Of a stretch of 64,000 nt of DNA, positions 43,555-53,121 are shown in pieces (position 1 is the first letter of the stretch; the number at the start of each line of letters is the position of its first letter). The position numbers and the translations under genes were made by a program. The stretch lies in NCBI GenBank assembly GCA_965214405.1, contig OZ243956.1:2912001-2976000 (forward strand), written 5' to 3'. Under the pieces are notes generated by a model. The model did no database searches. It was given only the letters and a program-made list of their open reading frames with translations, and was not told where the DNA came from. This DNA comes from Trueperaceae bacterium (GTDB taxonomy: Bacteria > Deinococcota > Deinococci > Deinococcales > Trueperaceae).

Positions 43555-44669
43555 GCGTACGTCCGCCCCTTCCAGCGGTAGCCCTTGCGCCGCAGCGCCC
43601 GCCCCGTTACCCGCCAGAGCGGGACGACCATAAAGGGTTGGAGGAAAAGCTCGAGCGGACTCCGCCGCGTCTTGAGGGAAGTGAGCAGCCTTTGCAGAAG
43701 TCCCCCGAAACCAATCAGCAGCCACCAAGGGTTCAGCAGGGCCAGGGGCCACGCGAGGGTGTAGGTGAGTGTGTTGAGCACGCCCAGCGCGAGCAGCGCC
43801 GCGCGGTTCCCCCCGACCGCCGCGAGGATGTTCTTGGCGAAGCCCTCGAGCATCTCCTTTTCACCTCGGTACATGCGAGTCGCAATCATCCGCCCCCCCA
43901 GCGCCAGCGCCACGCGGAGGCCGACGCCCTTCGCGCGCTGGCCCATCCGCACGTCTTCCAGGACTTCCCCCCGAAAGGCCGCGTGACCGCCCACGCGTTT
44001 GTAGCCTCCCCGCGTCCAGAGCATGAGCTGACCGTTGCCCGCGGAAAAGGCGGCTTGAGAGGAGTAAATCACGCCCAAGTAGGGCAAAAAACCCAACAGA
44101 ACGAGGTCGATGGCGGGCACCATGAGCCGTTCGGCGAGGGTGCCGGTAAGCTGACGCGGCCACACGCTCACGAACTCGGCCTCGTGCCCGGTCCCATGCG
44201 CCTTGCGAAAAGCGAGCAGCGCCGCCAACGTCTGAGGCTCCCAGCGCACGTCGGCGTCGGTGAAAATGAGCAGGTCGCCCGAAGCTGTCTCGGAAAGCTG
44301 ATGACAGGCCCAGTTCTTGCCGCTCCACCCGTCAGGAAGCGGCTTGCCGGAAAGCACGCGGAGGCGCGGGTAGTTTTCAGCGAACCCCTCTAAAAGCGCT
44401 CGAGTCCTGTCCGTCGAGCCGTCGTCAAGCACGACAAGTTCAACCCCCTGACAGATGTTCTTCAGGAGGCGCGGCAGCGTCTCAGGCAGGTTGTGCGCTT
44501 CGTTGCGTGCGGGCACGAGGATGGAGACGGAGGGCGATTCGCCTACTTCCTTTGGGGGAGCTTTGAGCACCGGAAAAAATACGAGATTACTCAGCAGTGT
44601 GAGGAGTTGCAGCCCCAGAAAAAGCGCGGCAACAACGAAAAGAACCGTCGTCACGACCCCTAAGACCAC
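43551..44669 (-). CDS. GT2 glycosyltransferase (carotenoid glucosyltransferase CruC-like)
   Basis: VSILVPARNE, DDGSTD, GWSGKNWAC, FTDADV, EDV, WKGR. Confidence 0.85.
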   Translation of the reverse strand: MVLGVVTTVLFVVAALFLGLQLLTLLSNLVFFPVLKAPPKEVGESPSVSILVPARNEAHNLPETLPRLLKNICQGVELVVLDDGSTDRTRALLEGFAENYPRLRVLSGKPLPDGWSGKNWACHQLSETASGDLLIFTDADVRWEPQTLAALLAFRKAHGTGHEAEFVSVWPRQLTGTLAERLMVPAIDLVLLGFLPYLGVIYSSQAAFSAGNGQLMLWTRGGYKRVGGHAAFRGEVLEDVRMGQRAKGVGLRVALALGGRMIATRMYRGEKEMLEGFAKNILAAVGGNRAALLALGVLNTLTYTLAWPLALLNPWWLLIGFGGLLQRLLTSLKTRRSPLELFLQPFMVVPLWRVTGRALRRKGYRWKGRTYA

Positions 44670-45361
44670 AGCCGCGCCACCCAGCCCATCCGCGTGTGAA
44701 AACTCTGCTGACCCGCCAGCCACGCCTCGAAGCCTTCGGGCGGGGCCTCGGGTTCGGCGTGGGCGATAAAGGTGTCTAGCTCCGACAAAAGCCCGTTCAC
44801 CGCCCCCCGGTAGGCTTCCAGAGTTGTGTGAGGCTCGAGCCTTTGTCCCAACACGACAAACGCCTCTGGATGCTGCGCCCCCCGCACGACGACGCGCAGC
44901 GCGAGCGGGTAAATGGGGACGGCGGCGCGCGTTGCTAAAAACTCGAGCCCCCGGTGGACGTTGACCACTTTTCCGGCGGGCTCGAGCCGCCCCTCGGGAA
45001 AAATGAATAGCAGGTCCCCCCGCTCTAAACGCCGCAGCGCCTCGCGGACCTCCCTGCGGTCAATCGCGCCCCAGTAGCGGAAAAAACGGAACCGTTCTAA
45101 TTGCCGCCCCTCCATGAGCAGGCATATGGGGCGGTTGGTGCGTCTTTTAACGAGCCAGAGCAAGTAGCCGTCCCACCAGGAGTGGTGGTTCGCCGCGATG
45201 ATCAGGCCGCCCGGTGGCAGCGCGTCCCAATCGCCCTTGGCCCACACACCGTGCAGCCCGCTCTCGAGCGAGCGCCGGATGATGAGGGGAACCGACCGGG
45301 CAATCCAGCATTCGATTTCACCCGTGAAAAGCCCTCTAAGGTGCGCCGCGTAGCGTGTCAT
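44660..45361 (-). CDS. PlsC-like acyltransferase (carotenoid glycoside acyltransferase CruD-like)
   Basis: ANHHSWWDG, IFPEG. Confidence 0.8.
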   Translation of the reverse strand: MTRYAAHLRGLFTGEIECWIARSVPLIIRRSLESGLHGVWAKGDWDALPPGGLIIAANHHSWWDGYLLWLVKRRTNRPICLLMEGRQLERFRFFRYWGAIDRREVREALRRLERGDLLFIFPEGRLEPAGKVVNVHRGLEFLATRAAVPIYPLALRVVVRGAQHPEAFVVLGQRLEPHTTLEAYRGAVNGLLSELDTFIAHAEPEAPPEGFEAWLAGQQSFHTRMGWVARLWS

Positions 45362-46850
45362 TGGGTCTTTCTGAGAGGCGGCCCGTCAGGAGCGTGGGCA
45401 CGAGGAGGAGCCCCATCGCCACAAAGGTCACGCCCGCCGCGAGCGGCAAGCCGAAAAAGAGCAGGCCGACGCTCATCAAAAAGGCTTGGGCGAGAAAGAT
45501 AATGCGGAGGTCGGCGGAGTTTTCGTTCTTTAGGCGGGGCTCGAGCCTGATTAACAGCCAGACCAGCCCCACCCCCGCGACGTACCAACCCACAAAGTTA
45601 CTGAGCGGCACCCCGTAGTAGGGAGCCGCGCCGTTAAAATTTGCCTCAAAATGCCAAAAGCCCCGGCTGACCATGAGCGGGTCCAGACCCAAATCCCAGG
45701 CCACGAGCGCGAGCGGCGCGACCAGAACCTTCCAGCGCGGTGCGACCGCGATGGCAATGATTGTAAACGCCCACCACCCAAGGAGCACGAGGAGCGGCAC
45801 CCCCAGAAGCGATGGCCCCGGCGCAGTATAGGTGTAAGCGCCAAACGGTACCCCCGTCCGGCTGCCGACGGCCTCGACAATGAGACCAAAAAGAAAAGCG
45901 ACGGCGAAAAGGAGGAGCGACCGGACGCCGTAACGCTCCCAGGCAAAACTCAGCACCCCGAGCGCCAGCAGGCTGGTGCTGAGATAAGCGAGCACCGGGA
46001 AGAGGCCGGGCAAGAGGGGCGTCGGCACCATGCTTAGCGACCACAGCACCAGCAGCGGACGCCACCAGGCGCGTCTGGGAACCGAGAGCGCGTTTAGCCT
46101 CTCTAAAGAGCGGGGCTCGAGCGACGCGCTAAGCCCGAACACGACAAAGGTGGTCGTCAGGAGAAAAAACACCGCCTCTTCGATGGGCAGCCCCAGCGGC
46201 TTAAAGCCGGTCGTAAGCTCCGGGCTAATCCACCAGATACCCAGCGCGATGGCGACGCGGTCCGCTATCCAGAGGTAAAGCGTCGGCAACAAAATAGCAG
46301 CCAGCGTCAGCCGCCAGCGCGCCGCGAACCAGTCACCCGCGAACCCCCACAGTAGCGCCAGCACCGGCCCGGCCCACACAAGGATGAGCCCCAAATAGGT
46401 GCCGCGTTCGGTACGCAGGAGCAAAAGCCCGGCGGCGGCGACGGCAAGGGAGAAGATGACGCCGCCTATTCTCAGAGACTTTGAGGAAGAAAGCACCTCC
46501 GCCTGCGCCCACTGTGGTCGCCAGCGCGCCAGCCCGAATAGCAGGAGTCCGGCCATAAGTGTCTGAACGATAAAGAAAAAATACTCCTCCACCGGCACGT
46601 AGCCAATCGTAAAGAGCACCCGCCCCGGCGCGTAACCCCACACCTCCCGGTAAACGAGATAGTTGTCCCACGGCGTCGTGTAAACGAGCGCGATCAGCAC
46701 ATGAAGAAAAAGCGCCCCCACCGCAAAGCCCGTCCGCCCCCCCAGCCCTCCCGAGAGCGCCCGCCCTCTACGCACCGCGCGCACGCTCACGAGCGCCAGC
46801 CCTATAAGCAGCGGCAGCGTAAACACCAGGTGAAAGCCCCAGTAGGTCAT
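45336..46850 (-). CDS. Fused CrtYcd-type lycopene cyclase + CruF-like carotenoid 1,2-hydratase
   Basis: Two cyclase repeats ([26 protein letters not shown]), then [26 protein letters not shown] (CruF). Confidence 0.8.
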   Translation of the reverse strand: MTYWGFHLVFTLPLLIGLALVSVRAVRRGRALSGGLGGRTGFAVGALFLHVLIALVYTTPWDNYLVYREVWGYAPGRVLFTIGYVPVEEYFFFIVQTLMAGLLLFGLARWRPQWAQAEVLSSSKSLRIGGVIFSLAVAAAGLLLLRTERGTYLGLILVWAGPVLALLWGFAGDWFAARWRLTLAAILLPTLYLWIADRVAIALGIWWISPELTTGFKPLGLPIEEAVFFLLTTTFVVFGLSASLEPRSLERLNALSVPRRAWWRPLLVLWSLSMVPTPLLPGLFPVLAYLSTSLLALGVLSFAWERYGVRSLLLFAVAFLFGLIVEAVGSRTGVPFGAYTYTAPGPSLLGVPLLVLLGWWAFTIIAIAVAPRWKVLVAPLALVAWDLGLDPLMVSRGFWHFEANFNGAAPYYGVPLSNFVGWYVAGVGLVWLLIRLEPRLKNENSADLRIIFLAQAFLMSVGLLFFGLPLAAGVTFVAMGLLLVPTLLTGRLSERPNDTLRGAP

Positions 46851-46967
46851 AAACTCAAAAACCAAAGACTCGAGGAAGGAGCTGTCACAGCGTGTTTTTC
46901 ACTTATCTTACGCACTTTTTCAACCTTCTTTTCCCCACTCACCACTCGCCACTATCCACGACCCACT

Positions 46968-48530
46968 TCATACCCGCTTCCGCTCCAAATCCCCCAGCAC
47001 CACTCGCGCCGCATTCCGCCCCGACGCGCCCATGATACCGCCGCCCGGATGGGTGCTCGCGCCCGTTAAGTAGAGGCCCTTGAGGTGCGTGCGGTACTCG
47101 GCCATGCCCAAAAAGGGGCGTAACATAAACATCTGGTCCAGACTCATTTCTAGATGCATCACGTTGCCGCGGTGGAGACCCAGTTCGCGCTCGAGCCAGG
47201 CCGGGTGCTGGAACAAGCTCCCCACGACCGAGGCCTTGGTGCCGGGGGCGTAAGTCTCATAGGTGTCGAGGATGGACTCGGCCACCTCGTCGGCGATGTC
47301 GTCCCAGGAGCGACCTTTGGAGAGTTCATACGGATAATACTGCGCCCAGAGCCACAGCACCTCGCCGCCGGGCGGCGCGAGCGTGGGGTCGACCGCGCTG
47401 AAACTCATGGCGACGATGGGCGGGTCTTTGGCGGGTTCGCCGCGCATAAAGTCGCCGTAGGCGCTCATGATTTGCGCCCGGTCGCGGCAGAGGAGACCCA
47501 GCGCCCGCCGCGCGGCGGCGCCGGGATGCGCGTCGTAACGCACGGGCTTGTCGAGCGCGAGCCGCAAGATAGCGCCAAAGCCGTTGCCGACACGCATCCC
47601 CTTACTGTTGGGCGGGCGGTGCGCCTCGGGGAGGAGTTTGCCAAAGGTCGTAAGCGCGTGCGTCCCCGCCACCACCACCTTGGCGGTGTAGGTCTGCCCC
47701 TCAACTTTAATCCCCGTGCTCCGGCTCCCCTCGACCAAAATCTCTTCGACGGGCGCGTTCACATGCACCTCGCCGCCGTGCGCCTCGATGTGGTTTTTGA
47801 GCGCCTGCGTGAGCATCCCCGAGCCGCCCTTGGGCCGCGCCATGCCGCCCTCGTGGTACAGGGGGTGCCACAGCACAAAGGGCGAGGTCATCGGCTCGGT
47901 GGGCGGCGGCCCCGACTGCGCGGCCATCCAAACCAGGGGCGTTTTGACCCGTTCGTCCTTGAAATATTCGTTCACAAGCTCGCCGTAGGGCTTGAGAATC
48001 ATGGGCAGCGCGCGCTTCCAGTCGCCGCGGATGCTCCGACCGAAAATCATCTTCTTGCCCAAATTAAAGGGGCTCGGCACGCTCAAAAAAAGGTCTTTGA
48101 CGACGCGGGCGAAAGGCCCCCAGTCGTGCAAGAAGCGACGGTACGCCTCGCCCTCGCCGGGGAAATGGCACTCGAGCTCCGCCGCCGTCTTCTCCGCGTC
48201 CCGGTGAAAGAAGACGTTCTCGTAACCCCCCTCGGCGTCGCCAAAAGGCGCAAAAAAAAGAGGGTCGATGTCGATATACTCTAAACCAAAATCTTCTAAC
48301 CCCAACTCCGCCACGATCGGCGTGAGCCGAATCAAGATGTGCGCGCTGCCGCCCAAGTCGAATTTATAACCCGGCACGATTTCTTTCGTCGAGACCGCCC
48401 CGCCCACGATGTCGCGCCGCTCGAACACCCCGACACGGTAACCCGCCTGCGCCAAATACGCGCTCGTAATCAGCGCGTTGTGACCCGCACCAACCGTGAT
48501 GACGTCGTAATCATAGGTAGAGCTAGGCAT
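46968..48530 (-). CDS. crtO: Carotenoid ketolase CrtO
   Basis: [48 protein letters not shown]; closely resembles Deinococcus CrtO as recalled. Confidence 0.85.
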   Translation of the reverse strand: MPSSTYDYDVITVGAGHNALITSAYLAQAGYRVGVFERRDIVGGAVSTKEIVPGYKFDLGGSAHILIRLTPIVAELGLEDFGLEYIDIDPLFFAPFGDAEGGYENVFFHRDAEKTAAELECHFPGEGEAYRRFLHDWGPFARVVKDLFLSVPSPFNLGKKMIFGRSIRGDWKRALPMILKPYGELVNEYFKDERVKTPLVWMAAQSGPPPTEPMTSPFVLWHPLYHEGGMARPKGGSGMLTQALKNHIEAHGGEVHVNAPVEEILVEGSRSTGIKVEGQTYTAKVVVAGTHALTTFGKLLPEAHRPPNSKGMRVGNGFGAILRLALDKPVRYDAHPGAAARRALGLLCRDRAQIMSAYGDFMRGEPAKDPPIVAMSFSAVDPTLAPPGGEVLWLWAQYYPYELSKGRSWDDIADEVAESILDTYETYAPGTKASVVGSLFQHPAWLERELGLHRGNVMHLEMSLDQMFMLRPFLGMAEYRTHLKGLYLTGASTHPGGGIMGASGRNAARVVLGDLERKRV

Positions 48531-48636
48531 CAGCGGAGGGCAACTTTGGAATCAACATCATCTCATCTGTAGGTTCAACTGTAAAAATTTCAAGCGTAAG
48601 AATAAAAAAAGTACAAGGCTTAGTCATTTGCCCCAT

Positions 48637-49560
48637 TCAGACCGGCCCGCTACTGTACACATCATAAAAAGCCTTGGGAATAAGCGCGATGCGTTCGATG
48701 GGCTTGAGGTGCGCGCGGCGCGTGAGGTTGTCGTAACCGTTCTGCCGGAGTTTGCGCAAAATGGCCTCGTAGTTGAGCGCCGCCACGCCCACGGCGGACG
48801 CGGCCACGCCGTTGAGTTTAGGGATGCCCTGCCAGCCCAGGCGGTAGAGTTTATGGGTGAGCCCGGCTATCTCTTCTAAGAGCGCGATGTAGCTTTCCGT
48901 CACCCGCCCGGCGCGCAAGTCGTCTAAATCCACACCGTACTTGTGAAGGAGTTCGTCCGGCAGATAACAGCGGTCCATCTCGAGGTCTTCGCCCACGTCG
49001 CGCAAGATGTTGGTGAGCTGCATCGCCTGACCCAGCGCCAGCGCGTTGAGCAGCGTGGCCGGGCCGCCGCTATACCCGGCAATGGGCGCAATGAGCAGCC
49101 CCACCACGCCAGCCACGCGGCGGCAGTAAAGCATAAGCTCTTCCATCGTCTCGGGGCAGGTCGCTTCTAAGTCCGAGGCGAGACCCAAATAGAGCTCGCT
49201 CAGCGCCTCTTTGGGTACGGCGTAGCTCTCCAACACCCAACTGAGCCCCACTTCCAGCGGTTCATTCGTTGCGGGCGCACCCGCGTAGGCCCGCTCGACC
49301 TGCGCCCACCACGCCTCGAGCCTGCGCCGCCCGACTGCAAGGTTGGGCGCTTCGTCCACCGCGTCGTCGCCGGAGCGGCACACCGCGTAAATGACGCTCA
49401 CCGCGCGGCGCTGCTTGGGTGGAAAGAGCCGTGAGCCCAAGTAAAAGGTGCTCGAGTGCCTTTTGGTCAGGCGGCCACAGTAGGCCACCGCCTCCGTAAC
49501 GTCCGCGCTCGCCCCCTGCCCCCAGAACTCGAGCTCGAGCCTGCGTCTACCGTTAATCAT
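48637..49560 (-). CDS. crtB: Phytoene synthase
   Basis: HSSTFY, YA.CR..DDAVD, YCRRVAGVVG, LGQAMQLTNILRDVGED. Confidence 0.95.
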   Translation of the reverse strand: MINGRRRLELEFWGQGASADVTEAVAYCGRLTKRHSSTFYLGSRLFPPKQRRAVSVIYAVCRSGDDAVDEAPNLAVGRRRLEAWWAQVERAYAGAPATNEPLEVGLSWVLESYAVPKEALSELYLGLASDLEATCPETMEELMLYCRRVAGVVGLLIAPIAGYSGGPATLLNALALGQAMQLTNILRDVGEDLEMDRCYLPDELLHKYGVDLDDLRAGRVTESYIALLEEIAGLTHKLYRLGWQGIPKLNGVAASAVGVAALNYEAILRKLRQNGYDNLTRRAHLKPIERIALIPKAFYDVYSSGPV

Positions 49561-49800
49561 GCGTTATCCACGCTTCCTGTGGTGTTTGTGACATTGTTAA
49601 CAGGCTACGACGCCTGCCCATGTGTAATATAGCAGACTCACACAATGGCCAAGGGGTGGCTCGGAGCGTTAAGGGGGGCGTCACCGCAAACGTCAACGGT
49701 GGCATTCCACAAAAATACATCCGCTCAACAAAAAGCTAAGCGGATGCGGCGGGATTCGAGTTCAGTCTGTGGCTGGTCCAGAAGCGAAGGTACGGCCGGT

Positions 49801-50685
49801 CTAACCTGCGGGCTGGCTCTTTCGGCTTGAAGCCGAATCTGACGAGCGGTACACCAGCCACGCCGCCACGAGCGCCGCCGCGAGGAGCGCGCTGTTGACG
49901 ACGAGCGAGAGGTCCCAGTATTTGATGGCGATGCCGATAAAGGCCCAGATCAGCACCAGGTTGAAAATAACGTCGCGCCGCCGCGCCATAAGGAGCGCGC
50001 CGATGCCCGCCGCGGCAAAAATCGCCACCGCCGCCCAGAAGCGCGCGCCGCCCTGCCAGCCCAGGGTGTAGAAGAACACGCCGACGTTCGTCACGGTCGC
50101 CACGGTAATCCAGCCCAAATAGAGCGAAAAGGGTGCGCGGACGGCCCACGCCTCGGCGCTGGATACGTCGGTACTGGATACGTCGGTACTGGATACGTCG
50201 GTACTGGATATATTGGTAGTGGGTGCGTTGCGCTTGCCGATCCCCAGACGTTCGTAGATGAGGATCAGGGTCGTGAGGAGCGCCAGCATCAGTACCAGCG
50301 AGAGGCCGATCTGCAAATTGTGCCAGGCAAAAAGCCAGAGCACGTTAAACGCGCAAGAGGCGACAAACAAGTAACCCACGCGGCGCAGCCTGGGGTTGTC
50401 GCGTTGCGAGGGGAGCGCCTGGTAGACCACAAACACCGCCAAGGCGGTATAGATAAGGCTCCAGATGCTAAACACGTAACCCGCTGGGATGACGAGCACC
50501 CTAAAGCTGTCGGCGATGGCCTCCGTGCTGCGTCCGGCCAAGGGCAGCGTGACGGCTAAGACGTTGAAAAAAATCGTCACAACCAGGGCGAGGATGTTGG
50601 CGCTCTGCCTGATAACGTCCCCTCTGTTACCGCCCTGACCGTCACCGCTCTGCCTCTCTCCACCAGGATATCGCGTCATCAGCAC
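49801..50685 (-). CDS. TspO/MBR-like tryptophan-rich membrane protein (start uncertain)
   Basis: PAGYVFSIWSLIY, N..W..AW, PFSLYLGWITVA. Confidence 0.75.
   Translation of the reverse strand: MLMTRYPGGERQSGDGQGGNRGDVIRQSANILALVVTIFFNVLAVTLPLAGRSTEAIADSFRVLVIPAGYVFSIWSLIYTALAVFVVYQALPSQRDNPRLRRVGYLFVASCAFNVLWLFAWHNLQIGLSLVLMLALLTTLILIYERLGIGKRNAPTTNISSTDVSSTDVSSTDVSSAEAWAVRAPFSLYLGWITVATVTNVGVFFYTLGWQGGARFWAAVAIFAAAGIGALLMARRRDVIFNLVLIWAFIGIAIKYWDLSLVVNSALLAAALVAAWLVYRSSDSASSRKSQPAG
50159..50210. repeat. 15-bp tandem repeat x3.5 inside the TspO-like gene
   Basis: CTGGATACGTCGGTA repeated; encodes (STDVS)n. Confidence 0.95.
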
Positions 50686-50762
50686 GTCCTTTCCGCTCAG
50701 TCTCTAAACCTTAGTTGTTATAGCAGTTGTTATAGCCGCCACGCCACGTTCTAAGGAGCACC

Positions 50763-51386
50763 CTAAGGAACAATAATATCGAGCACGGCGTCGTCGATAC
50801 TTTGGCTCGCGCCGTAGAGGGGGTCGCCGCCCTCGGGAAAGCGCGCGGTAAAGACGTTCCAACCCGCTGCCAATGATACCTCGTTGCCGCGGCCCGACAG
50901 CGTGGCGGGTTGGTCCACGTAAAGAAGCACAAAAAAGCCCACCGGGTTGTCGACGCTGGCGAGGCCCAACAGCCCGGTGTCCTGGGTGAGGTTGTCAAAC
51001 GCGCCGTTGCCGCTATTGTCTACATAGACTTTGGTGAGCGCCCGCGCGTAGTTGACACCCTCCGGGCTCACCCGGTATTCGTTTTGCAGGCCCGGCAGGG
51101 GTATGGCGCCGTTGCGAAAGGGCTGGAGCAAAGTGGGGCTCGGCGGGGCCGTCGTCACGCTGAAAGTTCCGGCGACGGGGGCGGCGCTCGAGACTTCCTC
51201 CAAGGTGTCGCCGTCCATGTCCACGACGTGAACGCCCACGCGCGCGCCTTCGGGCAGGGCCTGGTCGGACTGGATGAGGCCGCCCACCGTCGCTTCTTGC
51301 GGGGTCTGCGCCGCGCTCGCGCCGAAAAGAAGAGAGGCCAAGAGAAAAAAGAGTAAGTGTTTGGGGATCGTCACGGTTCTTATCAT
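50763..51386 (-). CDS. Secreted hypothetical protein
   Basis: GGAG RBS; signal peptide ending ASAA; L..GWN C-terminal motif. Confidence 0.7.
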   Translation of the reverse strand: MIRTVTIPKHLLFFLLASLLFGASAAQTPQEATVGGLIQSDQALPEGARVGVHVVDMDGDTLEEVSSAAPVAGTFSVTTAPPSPTLLQPFRNGAIPLPGLQNEYRVSPEGVNYARALTKVYVDNSGNGAFDNLTQDTGLLGLASVDNPVGFFVLLYVDQPATLSGRGNEVSLAAGWNVFTARFPEGGDPLYGASQSIDDAVLDIIVP

Positions 51387-51650
51387 TATCGTCTCCACAA
51401 AAGCGTCTCCACAAAGTTGTCTCTGCGTTATCTTTAGCATCGTCTCTACAACGTCACAGGAGCGGGTTCTCGAACGCTGTCAGCTTAGCACGCTGACGTG
51501 TGACCAAATCCAGCCCTCCCCCACCCACACGTTGGGGGTGAAGGGGGCCAGTATGACACATCACTACGCTGAAAAACGCGCGTGGGCGCTCCCGTGCGGC
51601 TTTGATGAAGACCGGGTGATGCTTAGGGTGCTAAAGCTAGGCGTGGGCGC

Positions 51651-52682
51651 TCAGCCTCGAGCCGTCCCGGTTACCGCATCTTCAGGCGCTTTTGCGACCC
51701 CCGCTGACCCGTACCCGTCCGGGTGCGCCTGGTGCCAGGCCCAGGCGGACGCGACGACGTCGCGCAGCTCGGTGTAGCGCGGTCTCCAGCCCAGTTCGCG
51801 CTGGATGAGCCTCGAGTCCGCAACCAGCGCCGCCGGGTCGCCCGGTCGGCGCGGCGCGAGGTGCGTGGGGATGGGCCGCCCCGTGACCTCACGGCAGACT
51901 TCGATCACCTCTTGGACCGAAAAGCCCTGACCGTTACCCAGGTTGTACGCGTGACCCTCACCCGGCTCAAGCGCCTCCACCGCTAAAAGGTGCGCCTCGG
52001 CCAGATCTTGCACGTGGACGTAGTCGCGGACGCAGGTACCGTCGGGGGTGGGGTAGTCGTCGCCGAAAATCTGGATACCCTCTCGCTCTCCCGCCGCGAC
52101 TTGCAACACGAGCGGGATGAGGTGCGTTTCGGGGTCGTGATCCTCGCCGTAGCGCGCAGAGGCCCCCGCCGCATTAAAGTAGCGCAGCGTGGTGTAACCC
52201 AGCCCTGACGTCTCCTTGAGCCAGCCCAGCATCCGTTCGATGAGCCACTTTGACTCGCCGTAGACGCTGCCCGGTTTTATCGCCGCGTCTTCGGCAAGGG
52301 GCAGGCGCTCGGGCAGGCCGAAAAGCGCCGCCGTCGAGGAGAGGACGAAGCGCGTGACGTTTTCGTTGACGAGCGTCTCGAGCAGGCGCAGCGTCCCGGC
52401 GCTGTTGTTGTCAAAATACTTGAAAGGCTCGCGCATCGACTCGCCCACGAGCGAAAAGGCGGCAAAATGCAGCGCGGCCTCGACCTCGTGCTCGCGCACC
52501 GCCCGGCTTACCGCGTTCTTATCAGCCACGTCGGCTCGTACAAACGCCGCCTCCGGATGCACCGCCCCTAAGTGGCCCGTCGCAAGGTTGTCGAGCACCA
52601 CCACGCGGTGACCGCGGCTGATGAGTTTTTCAGTGGTGACGGAGCCGATATAACCCGCGCCGCCCGTAACGAGGATGTTCAT
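51651..52682 (-). CDS. galE: UDP-glucose 4-epimerase
   Basis: ILVTGGAGYIGS, HFAA, YGESK, LRYFN, G.DYPTPDGTCVRDYVHV. Confidence 0.96.
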   Translation of the reverse strand: MNILVTGGAGYIGSVTTEKLISRGHRVVVLDNLATGHLGAVHPEAAFVRADVADKNAVSRAVREHEVEAALHFAAFSLVGESMREPFKYFDNNSAGTLRLLETLVNENVTRFVLSSTAALFGLPERLPLAEDAAIKPGSVYGESKWLIERMLGWLKETSGLGYTTLRYFNAAGASARYGEDHDPETHLIPLVLQVAAGEREGIQIFGDDYPTPDGTCVRDYVHVQDLAEAHLLAVEALEPGEGHAYNLGNGQGFSVQEVIEVCREVTGRPIPTHLAPRRPGDPAALVADSRLIQRELGWRPRYTELRDVVASAWAWHQAHPDGYGSAGVAKAPEDAVTGTARG

Positions 52683-52861
52683 AAGCGCCAGTGTACAAGA
52701 TTGCGCCCAAGCGCATGGCGGAAGCTTCACACAGGGGACCCAAAGAGGGGAGAGCTAAAACGAGGGGGTTCGCGGGCGGGTGGGCTTTTTCTCGACTCCT
52801 TTGTCCGGACGTTTTGGCTGGATGTTTGGGTAAATGCGCTCGAGCCGTCCCCCAAGAACCG

Positions 52862-53025
52862 CCACAGTGTCAATACAGTATTGATACAGAATCAACGATT
52901 AATACAGAATCAACGATTAATACAGAATCAACGTCAAACAGCGTCAATATTAAACAGCGTCAACACCAGACAGCGTCAACACCAGACAGCGTCAAAGGCT
53001 TTCTTACCGAGAACCACAGTGTCAA
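52862..53025. repeat. Compound tandem repeat in the divergent galE / lipoprotein intergenic region
   Basis: ATACAGAATCAACGATTA x2.8 (52884-52933); ACAGCGTCAA x4 at 16-bp period (52938, 52954, 52970, 52986); flanking CCACAGTGTCAA direct repeat. Confidence 0.9.
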
Positions 53026-53121
53026 AAATTTACCCTCGCGCGTGTGCGGAATTCCCAAACACGCGCCTTTCGCAGCCTCTACAGTTGAAAAGAAAATTTT
53101 ACGTGGAGGTTTACCTGCCTT

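Noticed and set aside
47154..48284. 376-aa plus-strand ORF and similar long antisense ORFs (4481-5377, 19058-19696, 43638-44393)
   Set aside because: Shadow ORFs opposite well-supported genes in GC-rich DNA; no recognisable motifs.
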